In this document: one piece after another, positions 46,429 through 59,021 of the stretch | Position numbering within the stretch: position 1 is the first letter of the stretch | How the letters are laid out: every line of letters begins with the position of its first letter | Source: Podarcis muralis | Lineage: Eukaryota | Reading direction: 5' to 3' | Assembly: GCF_964188315.1 (NCBI RefSeq) | Contig: NC_135668.1 | Coordinates: forward strand, 26,164,001 to 26,228,000 | Length of the DNA stretch: 64,000 bases | Made by a program: the position numbers and the translations under genes | Notes under the pieces: model-generated | What the model was told of the DNA's origin: nothing | Database searches by the model: none | The model's input: the letters and a program-made list of their open reading frames with translations, nothing else

Positions 46429-48879
46429 CTAAACAAGGAAAAGCATGTTTAGGTTTATCTAAAAGTGTTTCATATTTGTCGTAACGGCATATTATGTATT
46501 GGAAGGGTTGTCTGTGCTAGGTGCATTTCTAAAGCTAAGCAATTTTCTAACTTAGCATAACATAACTAATAAAGGCATAGCGGGCTTTTTGTTCAATTTG
46601 TACTTTCATATACAAAATAGTAACAGCATCGTTATGGATGTTTATCCCTAAACGACTGTTCAAGCTAGTGTGAGTATATCTGAAGGTAAAAGTATTAGTC
46701 AAAAGTGCTTACCCTTTGCATTTACTCTCAAAAATGTTTACCCTTTATACAGTATTTAATCTCAAAATTCTGAGTAGTTACATCAAACAGCAACACACTT
46801 AATATTTTACCACCACTTTGAAACTCCAAAGTAGACAACCTAAACTGATAATCTTCTAAGTGTTGTTTTTGGGTCTCTGTGAAGTTTTCATCTTTATTAG
46901 TCCCGTGAAGTATCTAAATTCTACAACCTTCATGTTTGCACTTGAATTCATCTGTTTTCTTGCATTGATGTAGAAGTCTTTATGTAACTTGGTCACACTT
47001 AACTTTATTCATAAGAGCACACTATAAATTTCCTCTTTTTTAGAAGATCACAATTTCAGAAGATACATTAAATTAACCACTGATATTGATTATTTAATAT
47101 ATATACATACCTAAAAAATAAAATGAGTTATCTGCATGGCAAACAGTGGTTCTATCATCAGTTTAAACTAATAAGCCTCAAAAATATAAAATAAATTTGC
47201 TAACATGCTAATGATATACCAACTACTCATTTCATTGGTAGAACTTTATTCTCTGATAAATTTCTTATGTCACACAGTGTCCAAGCCACCTAAATGGTAA
47301 GCCTGAACAGGAAGATTCTAGAACAAGGACAAAGTAGTTAACACAACACCTGAACAAAATATAATTGCAGTTCTTCTACAAACAGAAACCCCAAATTTTA
47401 AGGCATAGAATCCAAGTATTAAAAGACTCCAGGAAGCTAAGGAAAAGCAATTGCTCAATATTCCATTTTAAGCATTTACTATTAATTCAGGTAAAAGGAA
47501 ATGGATTTTAAAATTAAATTTACTCCATTAAGAACAACAAGAAAATGTGATGCTTCTGAGACATATTGACATACTTAAAATAAAAAAACCCCTCTATGAC
47601 TTTTAAACTCCTAATTTTTTATTTTTATCCTACTGCATCCCATTTTACCAAGCTGTACTTTCCACTTATGTTTTCCAGTTCTAATTTAGAAGTTCACTCA
47701 ACTGTACAATTGGCACATACCAAAAATCCTTATGCATTTAAATAAGCTCACTAAATATTTCATCTTAAGCCCAAAGCATAAAAAGGCATCACTGGCACTT
47801 TCAGGTTAAAACACACACACAAATAAATTGTCTGTGTATATATATTTTCAACATATCATTTCAAAGTAAAGTTTTTTCCACAGCCGGTTTTTCTACTGGT
47901 AGTTTAGAAAGAGTTAAAAGCCAACACCCTACATACAGAAAAACAAGTTTTATATTTGAGAGAAAGAACAGACATGGCGCCTTTTGTTCTTACCAAAATA
48001 GAAATGGATTGTTTCCCCTTTTCAGAAGCAATGGTGAACAACAGCTCCCTTTCAAAGTACTTAGGAGTTTGCAGAAGACACATAAGGCACCTTTGATTTC
48101 CCTCCTCCAAATACTGTAAAGGGGTGCAGTCTACATTTGCGGCAGACCCCCACCCTATGATGCCCTACACAAATGCTGCATTGGGGCAACAACAAGCTGC
48201 ATTACAAAATATCTGCCCTTCAGGATTAATTATAGCAAGAAAATAGTTTGCAAAAAAACCCCCACACAGACCTTTTTCAATCAATATTAAGGGGAAAGTG
48301 CATCAAGTCCTTAATGTTGAGGATTAATTAGCCCCCCCCCCCCGCAAAAAAAAGAAATGGTGCATAAGATGGGGGGAGGCAACAGAGAAGAGAGAAGAAA
48401 AACTCTGGCTCAAATGGCGGCTCTGGTTTGACACCAACATCCTTGAAGATCAGATTCTGCGCCTAGATCGGGAGTCTATAGAGACAGAACCCCTAATTCA
48501 ATTTAGGAACTCCTTCAAAATGGAGAAGGGGTACTTTAACACCCCTTTAAATTACAAACAAGAACATGCTCAGTAAATAAAGCGAGAAAGAAGTCAGGGT
48601 GTTGGCTTCTTTCCACCCCAGCCTTGATTATCAGGTTTTGCCCTTGCCCCCAGAAGCCCCTCCTGGGCACCCCTAATTCCAATTAAGAAACCACACATCA
48701 AAGTGTGAGTTTTAATACATACCCAAGACTTGACAGGTAAAGGGCGAGGAACCGGGTCTTTTTCCTTCCTCTGCCGCTCTTTTTACGTGACACCCCCCTC
48801 GCCCAACTCCAGCTGCCAAGATGCCCCGAAATGGGGAAAATTAGGAAGGGGGGGTTAGGTCTTTCCCTTTTCCTTCCCA

Positions 48880-50330
48880 TAATCATAAAAAATCCCAGGC
48901 GAAGGAGTGAATTGTGTCTTTCTTGCCTCGGTTCTCATGTCCTGTCCCAGGAAGCCTTAACCCTCAGCACCTTCCCCCCCACCGATTTTAATTGGGAGGT
49001 GGGGAGACAGGACCCCCAACTGGAAAGAGAGGACCCTAAATCCGCCTTTGCTCCGAGTGAAAAAAAGGCGTCGAGGGGCGGCTAAAAGTGATGGCCGGCG
49101 GTTCTTTCCCGACAAACCACCACCTGCCTCTCCCAGGCGGCTCTCCTTTCTCAAGGACAAAGAGACAATGGCGGAGAAAGAGGATATGGAGGGCTGAAAG
49201 GGCGGACGATACTTACCTCCCAAAGCGGGAGAGACGAGGCGGGCAAACCGAAAGGGGCTCGCCGGGCGCAGCCGCCGCCGCCCCGAGGACAAGCCGAGCC
49301 AGCCCTGCCGCATAGGCGCCTCTCTTTGCGGTTGTTTTTTCTGAGGGGTTGGGGGTCGGACAGGCCACCCCCCATTTCAGGAGCCTGGGCCCAGCCGGAG
49401 AGCCTCCCCACTCCTCAAGCGAGCGGCCGCCTCGGGCCAGGGGGGTGGCCGGAGGAACAGGCGCCCGGGACAGGGAGGGAAACGGCAGCAGCGACCAGCG
49501 GAGGCTCCTGTCTCCCCGGCCATCTTGTGCCGTATGTGCGTGTGTGTGAGGGAGCGAGGGAAGTGAAGTCTGTGCCCGTCTTCATTGCCTCTCAGCGAAG
49601 CCTTCCTCTCCTCCCCCTCCCCCACCCGCGCCCCTACCCAGCATCACAAAATGGCCGCCCTCCGCTCCCTCAGCAACGGCTCTGCGGCAGGGGGAGGGGG
49701 GAGAAGGGAGGGAGGCGGGGCCCGCGCACGACGCAGCTCTCCACCCGCCTCCCCTCCATCCAGCTGCGCATGCGGGCAAGCCGCTTTTCTATTGGCCTTC
49801 ATTCCTCCTCACGCCCATTGGTCGCTCTGCTTTGGCATTCGCCTGTCACGGGGCTGTGGGATTCCTATTGCTTGGTTTTTTCGCCACCGCCTTGTTGTCA
49901 TCTGCTCTCCGACAGCTGCTGCTCCCGCCTCCTCCTCACCACCCTCCACGAACTATAACTGGCTGAGACGCGAGTCCCTCAGCTGCCTCTTCTTCTTGAT
50001 TGGCGGGTATAGGGTTGCTCCCGCGCCGCCCCCCTGCCCCTCGCTCTTTCCTTGCTACTTTGCAACGGTTTTCTCTGTACCCTTCGCTCGGCCCCTTCGA
50101 TGGCGAAACACCTCACCGTCCCCCCCCCCCCCGCCCCTCTCACGCTTCTTGCAGAGCTACAGAAAATACGCGAAGGGAGGGAAAGCTGCCGAAGCTGCTG
50201 ATGGGGTGGGGGGAGGGGGTTGGCGCGGTTATTGCGCGTGCGCGCAGGGTCATCACTCGCCCTTCCCCCACGCTCCCTCCATCTGTCAAGCGCGGTGTAT
50301 GTCGCTCCCACAGATGCCGCATCACAATGT
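48880..50330 (-). promoter_or_regulatory. Large CpG island, CHASERR promoter
   Basis: Very GC- and CpG-rich. NRF1-like TGCGCATGCG at 49765-49774, several CCAAT boxes on the minus strand (~49790, 49815, 50000), GC box GGAGGCGGGGC at ~49711, and YY1-type motifs at 49517-49526 and 49648-49659. Confidence 0.85.
49217..49600 (-). ncRNA. CHASERR: CHASERR exon 1 (5' end approximate)
   Basis: Consensus donor GAG|gtaagt at 49217 inside the CpG island. The TSS is inferred to lie between the CCAAT/NRF1 cluster and the downstream AAGATGGCCG. Confidence 0.65.
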
Positions 50331-50699
50331 AAATTCGACTAAATAAACAATTTATGCATTGCTTCACATGAATTTTTGTGTGTGTTTGGTGGGACGATAA
50401 AATCCCTGTACAATCAAAGTTAATATCCGAAAGTAGGAATCAATGGAAAGTATTCCGAATGGAGAGTTTTATTTATCTGTAGTATTTATATGCCGCTTTT
50501 CAGGTGGACCTCATAAAGCGGTTTACATGAGATTGTTACAATGAACATAGATTTATAATTTTAAAAAGTGAGAACAGAATGGAAAAGACAAGTTGTTTAG
50601 AAAAGCACTCCCCCTCCGGGCAAGGTCGTCCCAATGGGGGCAGCTGAGGGGAGGCCCACTATGGGCACTGGATGGTAACAGTCCCTCAAGCTCCTTCCT

Positions 50700-51150
50700 T
50701 CAGACCCGTCAGGGCAAGATGAGGTGCAAAGTGAAACTATTGGCGCCTGTGCTATTTAACTTGTTCACAAATAAGCTAGAGTTAGTTGGGAGCCAGTGAC
50801 TAGGTGGCCAATTTTGCTTATGATACTTCGGTTGATTCTATCAACACCCTATGTGGGGGTTTTGGGGGGGGGGTTAATTCTATATTTTGTGGTTTTATAT
50901 TTTGATTCTTTTCCGTGAACTGCCCTGAGACCTCCGGGTACAAGGCGGTATATAAATTCAATAAAATAATTAAAAACAAAACGGGATCGTGAAGAGCTCC
51001 AAAAATAACCTCTCAAACGGAGTGAATGGGCAGTAAAATGGCAAATGATATTCAGTGTAAACAAGTGTAAAGTGATGCATCTTCGCCCAAACCTCCCCCC
51101 TCCACCTTAATTTCACATATATGATCATGGTTTCTGAAATGGTGGTGTCC
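50700..51150 (+). mobile_element. Old CR1 RT fragment interrupted by a LINE/SINE tail (~50860-50985)
   Basis: Remnants of LAPVLFNLFTNKLEL..VANFAYDT and EWAVKWQMIFSVNKCKVMH. Confidence 0.65.
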
Positions 51151-52600
51151 AAATGCCTTGGGGATATAGATGTCAAATGACAATGCCAACTTGCCAGTGA
51201 GGGCATTGCACAATTGGGGAGGGGGCAATGGAGAACCAGAGACTGTGATTTTATAAATCATTACTATTCTTCACAGAAAGTCGCTACTTAACCAAGGTTT
51301 CTTCAGCGCTTTAACTTAGTTGCTGCAAAGCCTCATGAGCTCCTGATGATCTTGCCTTAAGCCTTTGCAACAAAGATGGTGAACTAACAGTAGACAGCAG
51401 CACGATCATCTTGTTGACGTTTCACGCCCAGCCAGCTGAAAAAGTTTATTCTCTCTAATAATGGAGCTGCCCTGTGACCCAAGGAGGAAGTTAAGAACAA
51501 ACACCAGGGGATGATGAGGAAACCAAATGTGAAAGTTCAGCTTCTCTGATTCTAAATATTAGTTTGCCAGTAAAATTTTGATTAGTTTGTCCATTGAACC
51601 AATAGCTGACAGTAGATCACTTAGAAGCCCACAGACTGGGTGCTTTCTGAATTTGGACTTTGATAAATACAGTATCTGCAAGTTTAGACACATAGAAAAA
51701 GCTTCAAGAAAATGACATGGTTTCTGGTAACTTCCTCAACCAAAGAACCTAAGGCACTAACTACATCAGAGTTATTGAATCCTCCTTCCATCAAGCACTG
51801 GTGGGCGGTAAGGAAATTTTACCATCAAGAAAGAAGCATTAGTGGGCAGTAGGTATAAAATGGTTGACTACCCCTGCTTTAGATAAAGAAGGATGGTCAC
51901 ATAGGACTCCTCCAGATGACCTGTTTATTCATCCTGATTTGCATACATAAAGCTTACAACATAGATAGGCTATGTCTGGTCTTTATTGAGCATTTATTTA
52001 TGGTGAGGTTATATGACAATGAGCATTCATTTGATTTTCTTGTGAAGTGTTTACATGTCTTCCACGTAATCATTCATTCACCCCACACTTTTCAATGCAT
52101 TTTGCATTTACTTTCCAAACTGAAAAAGTCTGTTATTTTAAAAAGTGGATTTGTTGTGCTAGGATTAGAGTGCAATCCCAAAGTTTGGGTATGCACTTGA
52201 ATCTCTCTCACAAGATGCTGATGGTCTGGAGGCACCCATAGTACTGTAGAAAACTGGTAGTTGGCTATTATACTTTCTCCTCAACATTTTCTTTGTAATG
52301 TATTGGTAGACGAATCTATGGAGTTTTTACATTCACATTGTTTCTCTGGAGTTCTTCCCTTGTCATTCTAGTCCCCTGATCCTTTCAGGTGTAACTATTT
52401 TGCTTCTGTTTTCTCTATAAGCTACAATTACCCAAAGTGTAATTATGCACCATTTACACCGATTCTCCTTTGTTATTCTGACTTGGCTCTGATACTCTTC
52501 TGACAACAACTCTGATAATAACCTCAAACCAGGATCATCTGCCCATGAGGTCTCACACCCATAGAATGTACTGAACCAAGCACGTAATGGAAAACCTATT

Positions 52601-52740
52601 AGGAAAGGCCATAGATCAGTGGTAGAGCATTTGCTTTGCATGCAGAAGCTCCCAGCTTAAATCCCCAGCATTTATAGATGGGCCTGGGAAAGTTCCTTGC
52701 CTGAATCTCTGGAAAGCCACTGCCAGTAGTTGTAGACATG
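52601..52740 (+). mobile_element. Squam3-like SINE (tail resumes ~52970-53005)
   Basis: ggaaaggccatagatcagtggtagagcatttgctttgcatgcagaagctcccag head. Confidence 0.7.
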
Positions 52741-53141
52741 AGGTGGAGAAATATCCTCTGTCCTCTTTATCCTCCATCCAGGCAAGCAAGAGGTATTATC
52801 AGCATTCAAGGGTGCAGTCCAGCCCAGCAAAAACAGTAAAGGAGAGTGTAAAGCAGGGCAGGGATGCAGTCTGGGAAAGGCGTGTGGTCTGAGGATAGTC
52901 CGAAGCCCTAGACAAACAGACCTGAAGGGGCACATTTAGCACCCAGGCCTGAGCTTTCCCATCCCTGTTGTGGAAAATACTGAGCTAGATGGACCAATTC
53001 CTCATACCTCACATCTCACATATAAATTTGCACATGCATTACCCATACCACTCTTCAAAACCTCTCCAGATTATTGTTCATTTGCATGGTCAATGTGGTG
53101 TTTCTGCAGCTTTCAGTCTTAAAAGCACAACAAAAGTAGTA

Positions 53142-53367
53142 CAGTGGTACCTCGGGTTAAGTACTTAATTCGTTCCGGAGGTCCGTTCTTAAACTGAAAC
53201 TATTCTTAACCTGAAGCACCACTTTAGCTAATAGGGCCTCCTGCTGCCACCGCGCCACCGGAGCACGATTTCTGTTATCATCCTGAAGCAAAGTTCTTAA
53301 CCTGAGGTACTATTTCTGGGTTAGCGGAGTCTGTAACCTGAAGCGTATGTAACCCAAAATACCACTG
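53142..53367. mobile_element. Tigger/pogo-like MITE, inverted relative to the 14041 copy
   Basis: TA|CAGTGGTACCTCGG...ATACCACTG|TA. Confidence 0.88.
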
Positions 53368-55545
53368 TATTCTTATTTGCACTGACTTCAGTGTCCTTAT
53401 TTTCATATTGAAATTGAAACAGGAAGCCCCCGAACTACAGCGTGCTGAATAGAGAACTGAAAAAATTATGTGCTGCTGAGTGCTGTCTACATTATTAGCC
53501 GCCTGGCCTTTCCCACATCACTCATACTGTACAGGGTGTCAGCTGTCAACTGCAGACTTCCACACCCACTAGTTTTTCACATAATTTAATCAAGGGCATG
53601 CATGGGGCTGTTGTGCAATGCATAGGGATGTTAAAAAAAATAATCTTATCCTCTAGTTCTGAGATATAAAAGGACCTGCATGTGCGCTAAATATTGTGCC
53701 ATGATGCTACTTAAATGTTCTAGCTGCACTGCGTCACAAAGTATTCAGTTTCTCAACAGAGGATATGTATTTGCAAGGATGGGGGATGGGAAAGGAAGTA
53801 GCTCTTGTGTCAATAATCTGTCTCAGAAGACTGGAGCTCTGCAGGGACAAGTTTGTATTTGATTTAACTATTCAGCTTCTGGAAAGCTTGGATTTTGAAC
53901 ATGGAATCAAAGAAGACAGTAATAAATAAAGACACAATAAAAACACTTACTGAGATCTGAAATAAGATGGATGAAGCACTGGAAAACCAAAGGAAGAGAA
54001 CAACTTGATAAAGATGTAATGTATATCCTCATATAAAGTGAATTAACAAAGCATGGCTATCTCACAATAAACAAGTAGGGTGCTACCAGCCAACTTCATT
54101 ATTGAGGATTCATTCTGATTTGCTTGTAGAGAGGTTATATTATGTTGCATCAAAGCACACGTTGATCTACACTTTCTAGTCCCATTTTCCCTATTGCGAA
54201 AAGTCTGATATTTATGGAGAAGCAGGTTCATCGTGCAATATGTCCCAATCAACTAAATGTGAAAACTTAATTAGCAAGTATGTGACAGCAACAGCCTGGA
54301 AGCATCCCCTAGAATGCTTCCAGACAAGGGCTTAATATTGTAAAATGGGTCATTGAGGTATCATAAATGGGTTGTTGACAACAGGGTGTTGTTGTTTTTT
54401 AACTTATTGGATTTCAACCTTGTAAAGGATAAATCTGGATTAAACTTGGGGGTGGGCAAAGAGTAGCACCCATCACACAACTGTCAGAAAGCACCCCTAG
54501 TGTGGAAGCACCCCACATCATGAAGATGCCCTGTAAAAACTGAGTGAACAAACCATGCTGATATTATGAAACCAAATACAGAAGCCAGTTTCTCTGCATT
54601 ACTCCACACTCTTACCCAATTGCCATAAACCAGTCAAACCGGGACGTCACACCCAGAATGGGGAAAAACCAAGTAATAGCTGGCTCCTTTGGCAAAGCTT
54701 AGGTTAGCAGCTAGACTAGCCTTCTGCAACAATCATCTTTAAGAGCATCTTTGGTTGCCTCTTGAGCCCAGGATGTTTTGCTGCTTCATGCAGAAAATGC
54801 CACCCTGCCTCCTTTGCACCTGCTTCCTTGCTACTGCCACATCCGCCTCCTCTGTGGCCTCCTACACCACACCCATCTGTAGCCTCTCACCACCACTGTC
54901 CCCAAGTAAATGCCTTGGTTGGGCCCAATTAATCACCTTGCCCTATTGCATCTGTGCACCCCATCCATGCCTATTTAGGATCACTGCTGGAGCATCTTTA
55001 CAGCAAACATGTATCCGTACAAGTTTTTAGTTCCCTGCAACAGGGGTCACCAATGCGGTGTCTGTGGGTGTATTTGTGCACTTGGGTTCTTCTCCTGGTG
55101 CCCACAAAGCTTCTGAAGGCCCCTTTCACCTCACTGCCCCATTGGCCATGAAATGGTAGCTACTGTTTTCTTCCTTGAAAATTATAGAGATGGAGGAAGA
55201 AGTTGGAAGTGTAGAACTCTTTCCCATCTCTTCATGATGGGCTTTTCAAGGCTCTCTTTAACTTTACTGGAACTGACTTTTACCCAGTGAAATCAATAAA
55301 AAGGGGGGGGGGATTGTGGGTGCACATGCTCTCTCACTTTCTGCCTCTCCAGATGTTGCTGGACCCCAACTTCCATTGTCTAGGCTGTGGCTGCTGTGAG
55401 TTGAGAATAGAACAGTATCTGGAAGGTTCCCCATTCCTAGTATAAAGAGAGTTAATGGGATAGAGTGACTGGTTAATATTCCTTAATGGGCAAGTGATGT
55501 CTCTCTATGGGAACTTTAGGAAAATGGTTTCTTGATGCAGAAATC

Positions 55546-55690
55546 ATAGAGAGCTGCCTTAAACCAAGTCAGAATGTTTAGTTCAGTATTATCTGCATTG
55601 ACTGATGGCAGTTCTGCAGGGCTGGGGATTGAATCTGGGACCTTCTGCATGCAAAGCAGATGCTCTGCTACTTTGCTAGGGACCTGCTCC
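55546..55690 (-). mobile_element. Squam3-like SINE
   Basis: Minus-strand head tagcaaagtagcagagcatctgctttgcatgcagaaggtcccagattcaatcccc. Confidence 0.65.
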
Positions 55691-55969
55691 AAGAAAGAGA
55701 AAGAAGTCTGAGCTATGAGAAAGAGGCATCCTGGGTTGCCAATACCTCTATAAATCTAATGTAGGACAGTGAATCTACCACCTTCAAGGAATGCAACACT
55801 GTTTGCCACCATGTCCATTTTACTTGTATCCAGTGCTTTTTTCCTGGGGGGATGCAGGGGTACACATAAACATTTTGTGCATCTTTGTACTTTTGTCCAT
55901 TTACTGTATTTATTTTTCCAGAATTGAACTATAAAATGGTGATTTTCTGAAGTCAAAATGAGAATACCC

Positions 55970-56392
55970 CAGTGCCGGATTTACATTAAGCTAAACAAGC
56001 TATAGCTTAGGGCCCCACAAAAAATTAAAGAAACCCCCCCCCCCCCCCGTGGATGTACATTTCCAAAATATGAGATAAAAAACAAATAAAATAAAAACCT
56101 ACGTACAGCAACAGTGTTTTGTGTTGTGTAGGCATTACTTCTATGATGTAAGTAATGGGCCCCACCTGCTAGTCTGCTCCCTAAAATATCACTGGTTTGC
56201 TCATTTCTATATATAGGGTGCCTACATTCTGCATGTGCTTTAGATACCTATTAGGTCCATAAATTACCATATAGCATATATTTAACACACACAAAACAGC
56301 GACAATTTGTTGTTGACAAGGACAGCTGGACATATAAAGGGCCCCATTACCTTCAGTAGTTTAGGGCCTCATCAAATCTAAATCCAGCCCTG
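55970..56392. mobile_element. Non-autonomous DNA transposon (hAT-like)
   Basis: CAGTGCCGGATTTA ... TAAATCCAGCCCTG inverted termini. TSD not clear. Confidence 0.6.
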
Positions 56393-57567
56393 AGCACCCC
56401 TAAACATTTTTTAAGAAAAAAAGCAGTGCTTGTATCTTTCTTAAAGATAAAAAAAAAACAAGACCACCACAAATCTTCAAGAGAGTACTGTCCCTGGAAT
56501 GCCTCGCTTAAGGACGTGAGGACCTCCTAACAATAAATTTCTGAGATCCATAAGAAGTTCCACTAGTATCAAGCTGCAACTTTAAGTTCACCCACCTCCA
56601 CGCACCCAAAAAATGGGGGAGGGTGCGCTAGGGCAGACAACCCAGTATTACAGGAAGAAACTGAACCACTCCCTTTCGGAGCAATAGAAAGCTCTACAGA
56701 CCAAATAACAAGCACCTTCTTGTTTCCGCTGCTGCTGCCTTCACTAAATATAGCCTGTGTAAAAGAGCCACGAGTTTCTCTCTGCCCTTTTCCCTAGCCA
56801 ATAAAGTCTTTGCAAACAGCGTCCTCCCTCCACCCACTCTCTAAGGAGAGAACTGCTACCGTGCCCTAGTTACAGAGGCGAAAAGCGAACAGCCTCCTCT
56901 TAAGAAACATGGATCCATCAGAACCAAGTGAAAATGTATTCTGCATAGATTCCATGCACAGCACAAGGGGGGAATGCTCCCTTCTGCCACACATTCAGCA
57001 GCAGCACAAATTGGGACGTGGTTATTAATTGTTATTTATTGCCTTTTTATTTTATTTTGAGAATTTATCTATGCTCAATTACTAGTGTCTCGAAGACTGG
57101 TACAAGTAGCGCAATACAATTTGTTGAACAGCTTCTACAAATAATTATGATGTATAATTATTGAAATTTTATACTGCCCTTCCTCCCTGAGGAACCCAGG
57201 GTGGCAAACAGATACACAATTTAAAAAGCAAAAGCAGTATAAACCAGGTCACAGCATTCTAGAAACAATTACAATTCAAAACATTTAAAAGCAGCTACAG
57301 TTAAAAACATCCTTCCACCCAACAATCTTGGGATTGCCAGGCGTAGTCTTGGCTGAGACTACAAAGTGGTTTCAAGGCATTGTACAAGTGATAAAAAACA
57401 GAGAATCTAAAAACGTAACAAAAGGAAACAACAATTTTAAGCATACAAAAAAAGCACACCATCCCATTAAAATACCAAACAGCACAAGCCTAACCATGGC
57501 TACTCAGAAGGAAGCCTTATAGAATTCAACGGAGCTAGGTAAATGGGGTTAGGATTACAGCATAAAT

Positions 57568-58177
57568 CAGTGGTTCCCAATTATGGGTCCGTGGTTCCCA
57601 TGGGGGTTCACAGCCTCACCCCCAACTAATTTTTTGTCATTTTTGCATGTTAATACCTCAAATTTTATGGTCTTTTTTTAGCACTCTGTAAAATATATTG
57701 GCCAAAATCAGTTTTGAAATCACACCGCGGTAATGATTTTGACCTGAAAATAAGCAGCAATATATTGCTCCTCACGCGAGGGAGAACAGAGCGGATGATT
57801 TCAAGGCACCCCCTATATCGCACGATGATCTCAGCCAATACTGCTGCTTCACCCCACCCGTGAGATCTCCATGACTGTTCCTTCCCTCATCCCCACACCT
57901 GATCTCCAATTTCAGACATTGTGATATATCGGAATATTGCAGTGTTTAGCTCCTAATACAGCATGATATTGAAAACCAGTTATCGCTCAGCCCGTGTCTG
58001 GTTTTTTAGTATACCTAAAATCCTTTGCTTATTAGGGGCTACCCCACATTTTGTTCAAAAAATTGCTTTGCAGAGGTAACCAACGTAGAGTTATCAAAAT
58101 TGTCAAAACTAGGGGGTACGTGGCTTGGCTTTTGACAAATAGGGGGTCCTCAATAATTAGCTAATTGAGAACCACTG
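57568..58177. mobile_element. hAT-like element with probable nested insert (~57700-57990)
   Basis: CAGTGGTTCCCAA ... TTGAGAACCACTG termini and 8-bp TSD with one mismatch (GCATAAAT/GCCTAAAT). Confidence 0.7.
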
Positions 58178-58477
58178 GCCTAAATTATTACCAGCACAGC
58201 TGTCAATTAATAGAAGGTGATCAATAGTTCACAGCTCATCAGATACAAAGGAATGCCTTAGCATAAAGGAAACACTTAAAAGCTGGAGCTAAATAGATAG
58301 CATAGGTTGGTGGTGACAAGCAGGACTTATTGGGAACGACCCCCCAAAAATGCTCCTTTTGCCACCATCCAAACATCTCTTGCAGGAGGACCTTGGATGA
58401 AGACCTCAAAGTCTAGGTAGCTTTGTGTTAGAAGAAGCATTCCATCAAGTCTTGGGGTTCTGAGCCACGTAAGGCTT

Positions 58478-58845
58478 TAAGAACACAAGACGAGCCTGCT
58501 GGATCAGGCCAATGACCCATTTAGTCCAGCATCCTGTTCTCACAGTGGCCAAGCAGATGCCAGTGGAAAGCCCACAAGCAGGACATGAGCACAAGAGCCC
58601 TCTTCCCTCCTGTTGCTTCCAGCCACTGGTATTCAGAAGCATTACTGTCTCTAAGAGGGGAGGAAGAAAATAGCTATCAGTGTTAGTAGCTATTGACAGC
58701 CTTCCCCATGAATCTGCCCCTGGAATCATATTTCAAAGACATCCAAGTTGGTTGCCATCGCTGTTTCTTGTGACACTGAGCTCCATAGTACATAGTACGC
58801 ACTGTGTAAAGAAGTACTTGTTTTTATCTGACCTGAATCTTAATC
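58478..58845 (-). mobile_element. CR1 LINE 3' end
   Basis: Reverse complement ends gatgctggactaaatgggtcattggcctgatccagcaggctcgtcttgtgttctta. Confidence 0.7.
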
Positions 58846-59021
58846 TGAAGAGGTTCTCTTGATTCTAAGGGATGTGATTTCAGTGATTTGAGAAGTTGGA
58901 ACAGTCTGGGTCTCACCACTAGCTACCAGCTGTAGAGCTAAATGACAAGGCATTTTTAAATAACAGGGGTGGAGGTTGTATAGTTACTCTTCTTGGCTGG
59001 GGGGGGGGGTTGGCATAACTC

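Larger units (their letters stand above)
32875..49600 (-). ncRNA. CHASERR: CHASERR (LINC01578) lncRNA orthologue, five-exon model; both ends approximate
   Basis: Same strand as CHD2, CpG-island promoter ~19 kb upstream of the CHD2 TSS, four strong donors, AATAAA ~2.1 kb before the CHD2 TSS, and no long spliced ORF. This matches the established vertebrate CHASERR-CHD2 arrangement. Confidence 0.8.

Noticed and set aside
49326-50346. Long ORFs of 210 aa and 253 aa (+) and others over the CpG island
   Set aside because: Low-complexity Pro/Gly/Arg/Ala translations with non-ATG starts. Stop codons are simply rare in GC-rich promoter DNA.
56744-56753. MEF2-like CTAAATATAG as an enhancer
   Set aside because: A single AT-rich 10-mer is expected by chance in 64 kb, and there is no supporting evidence.
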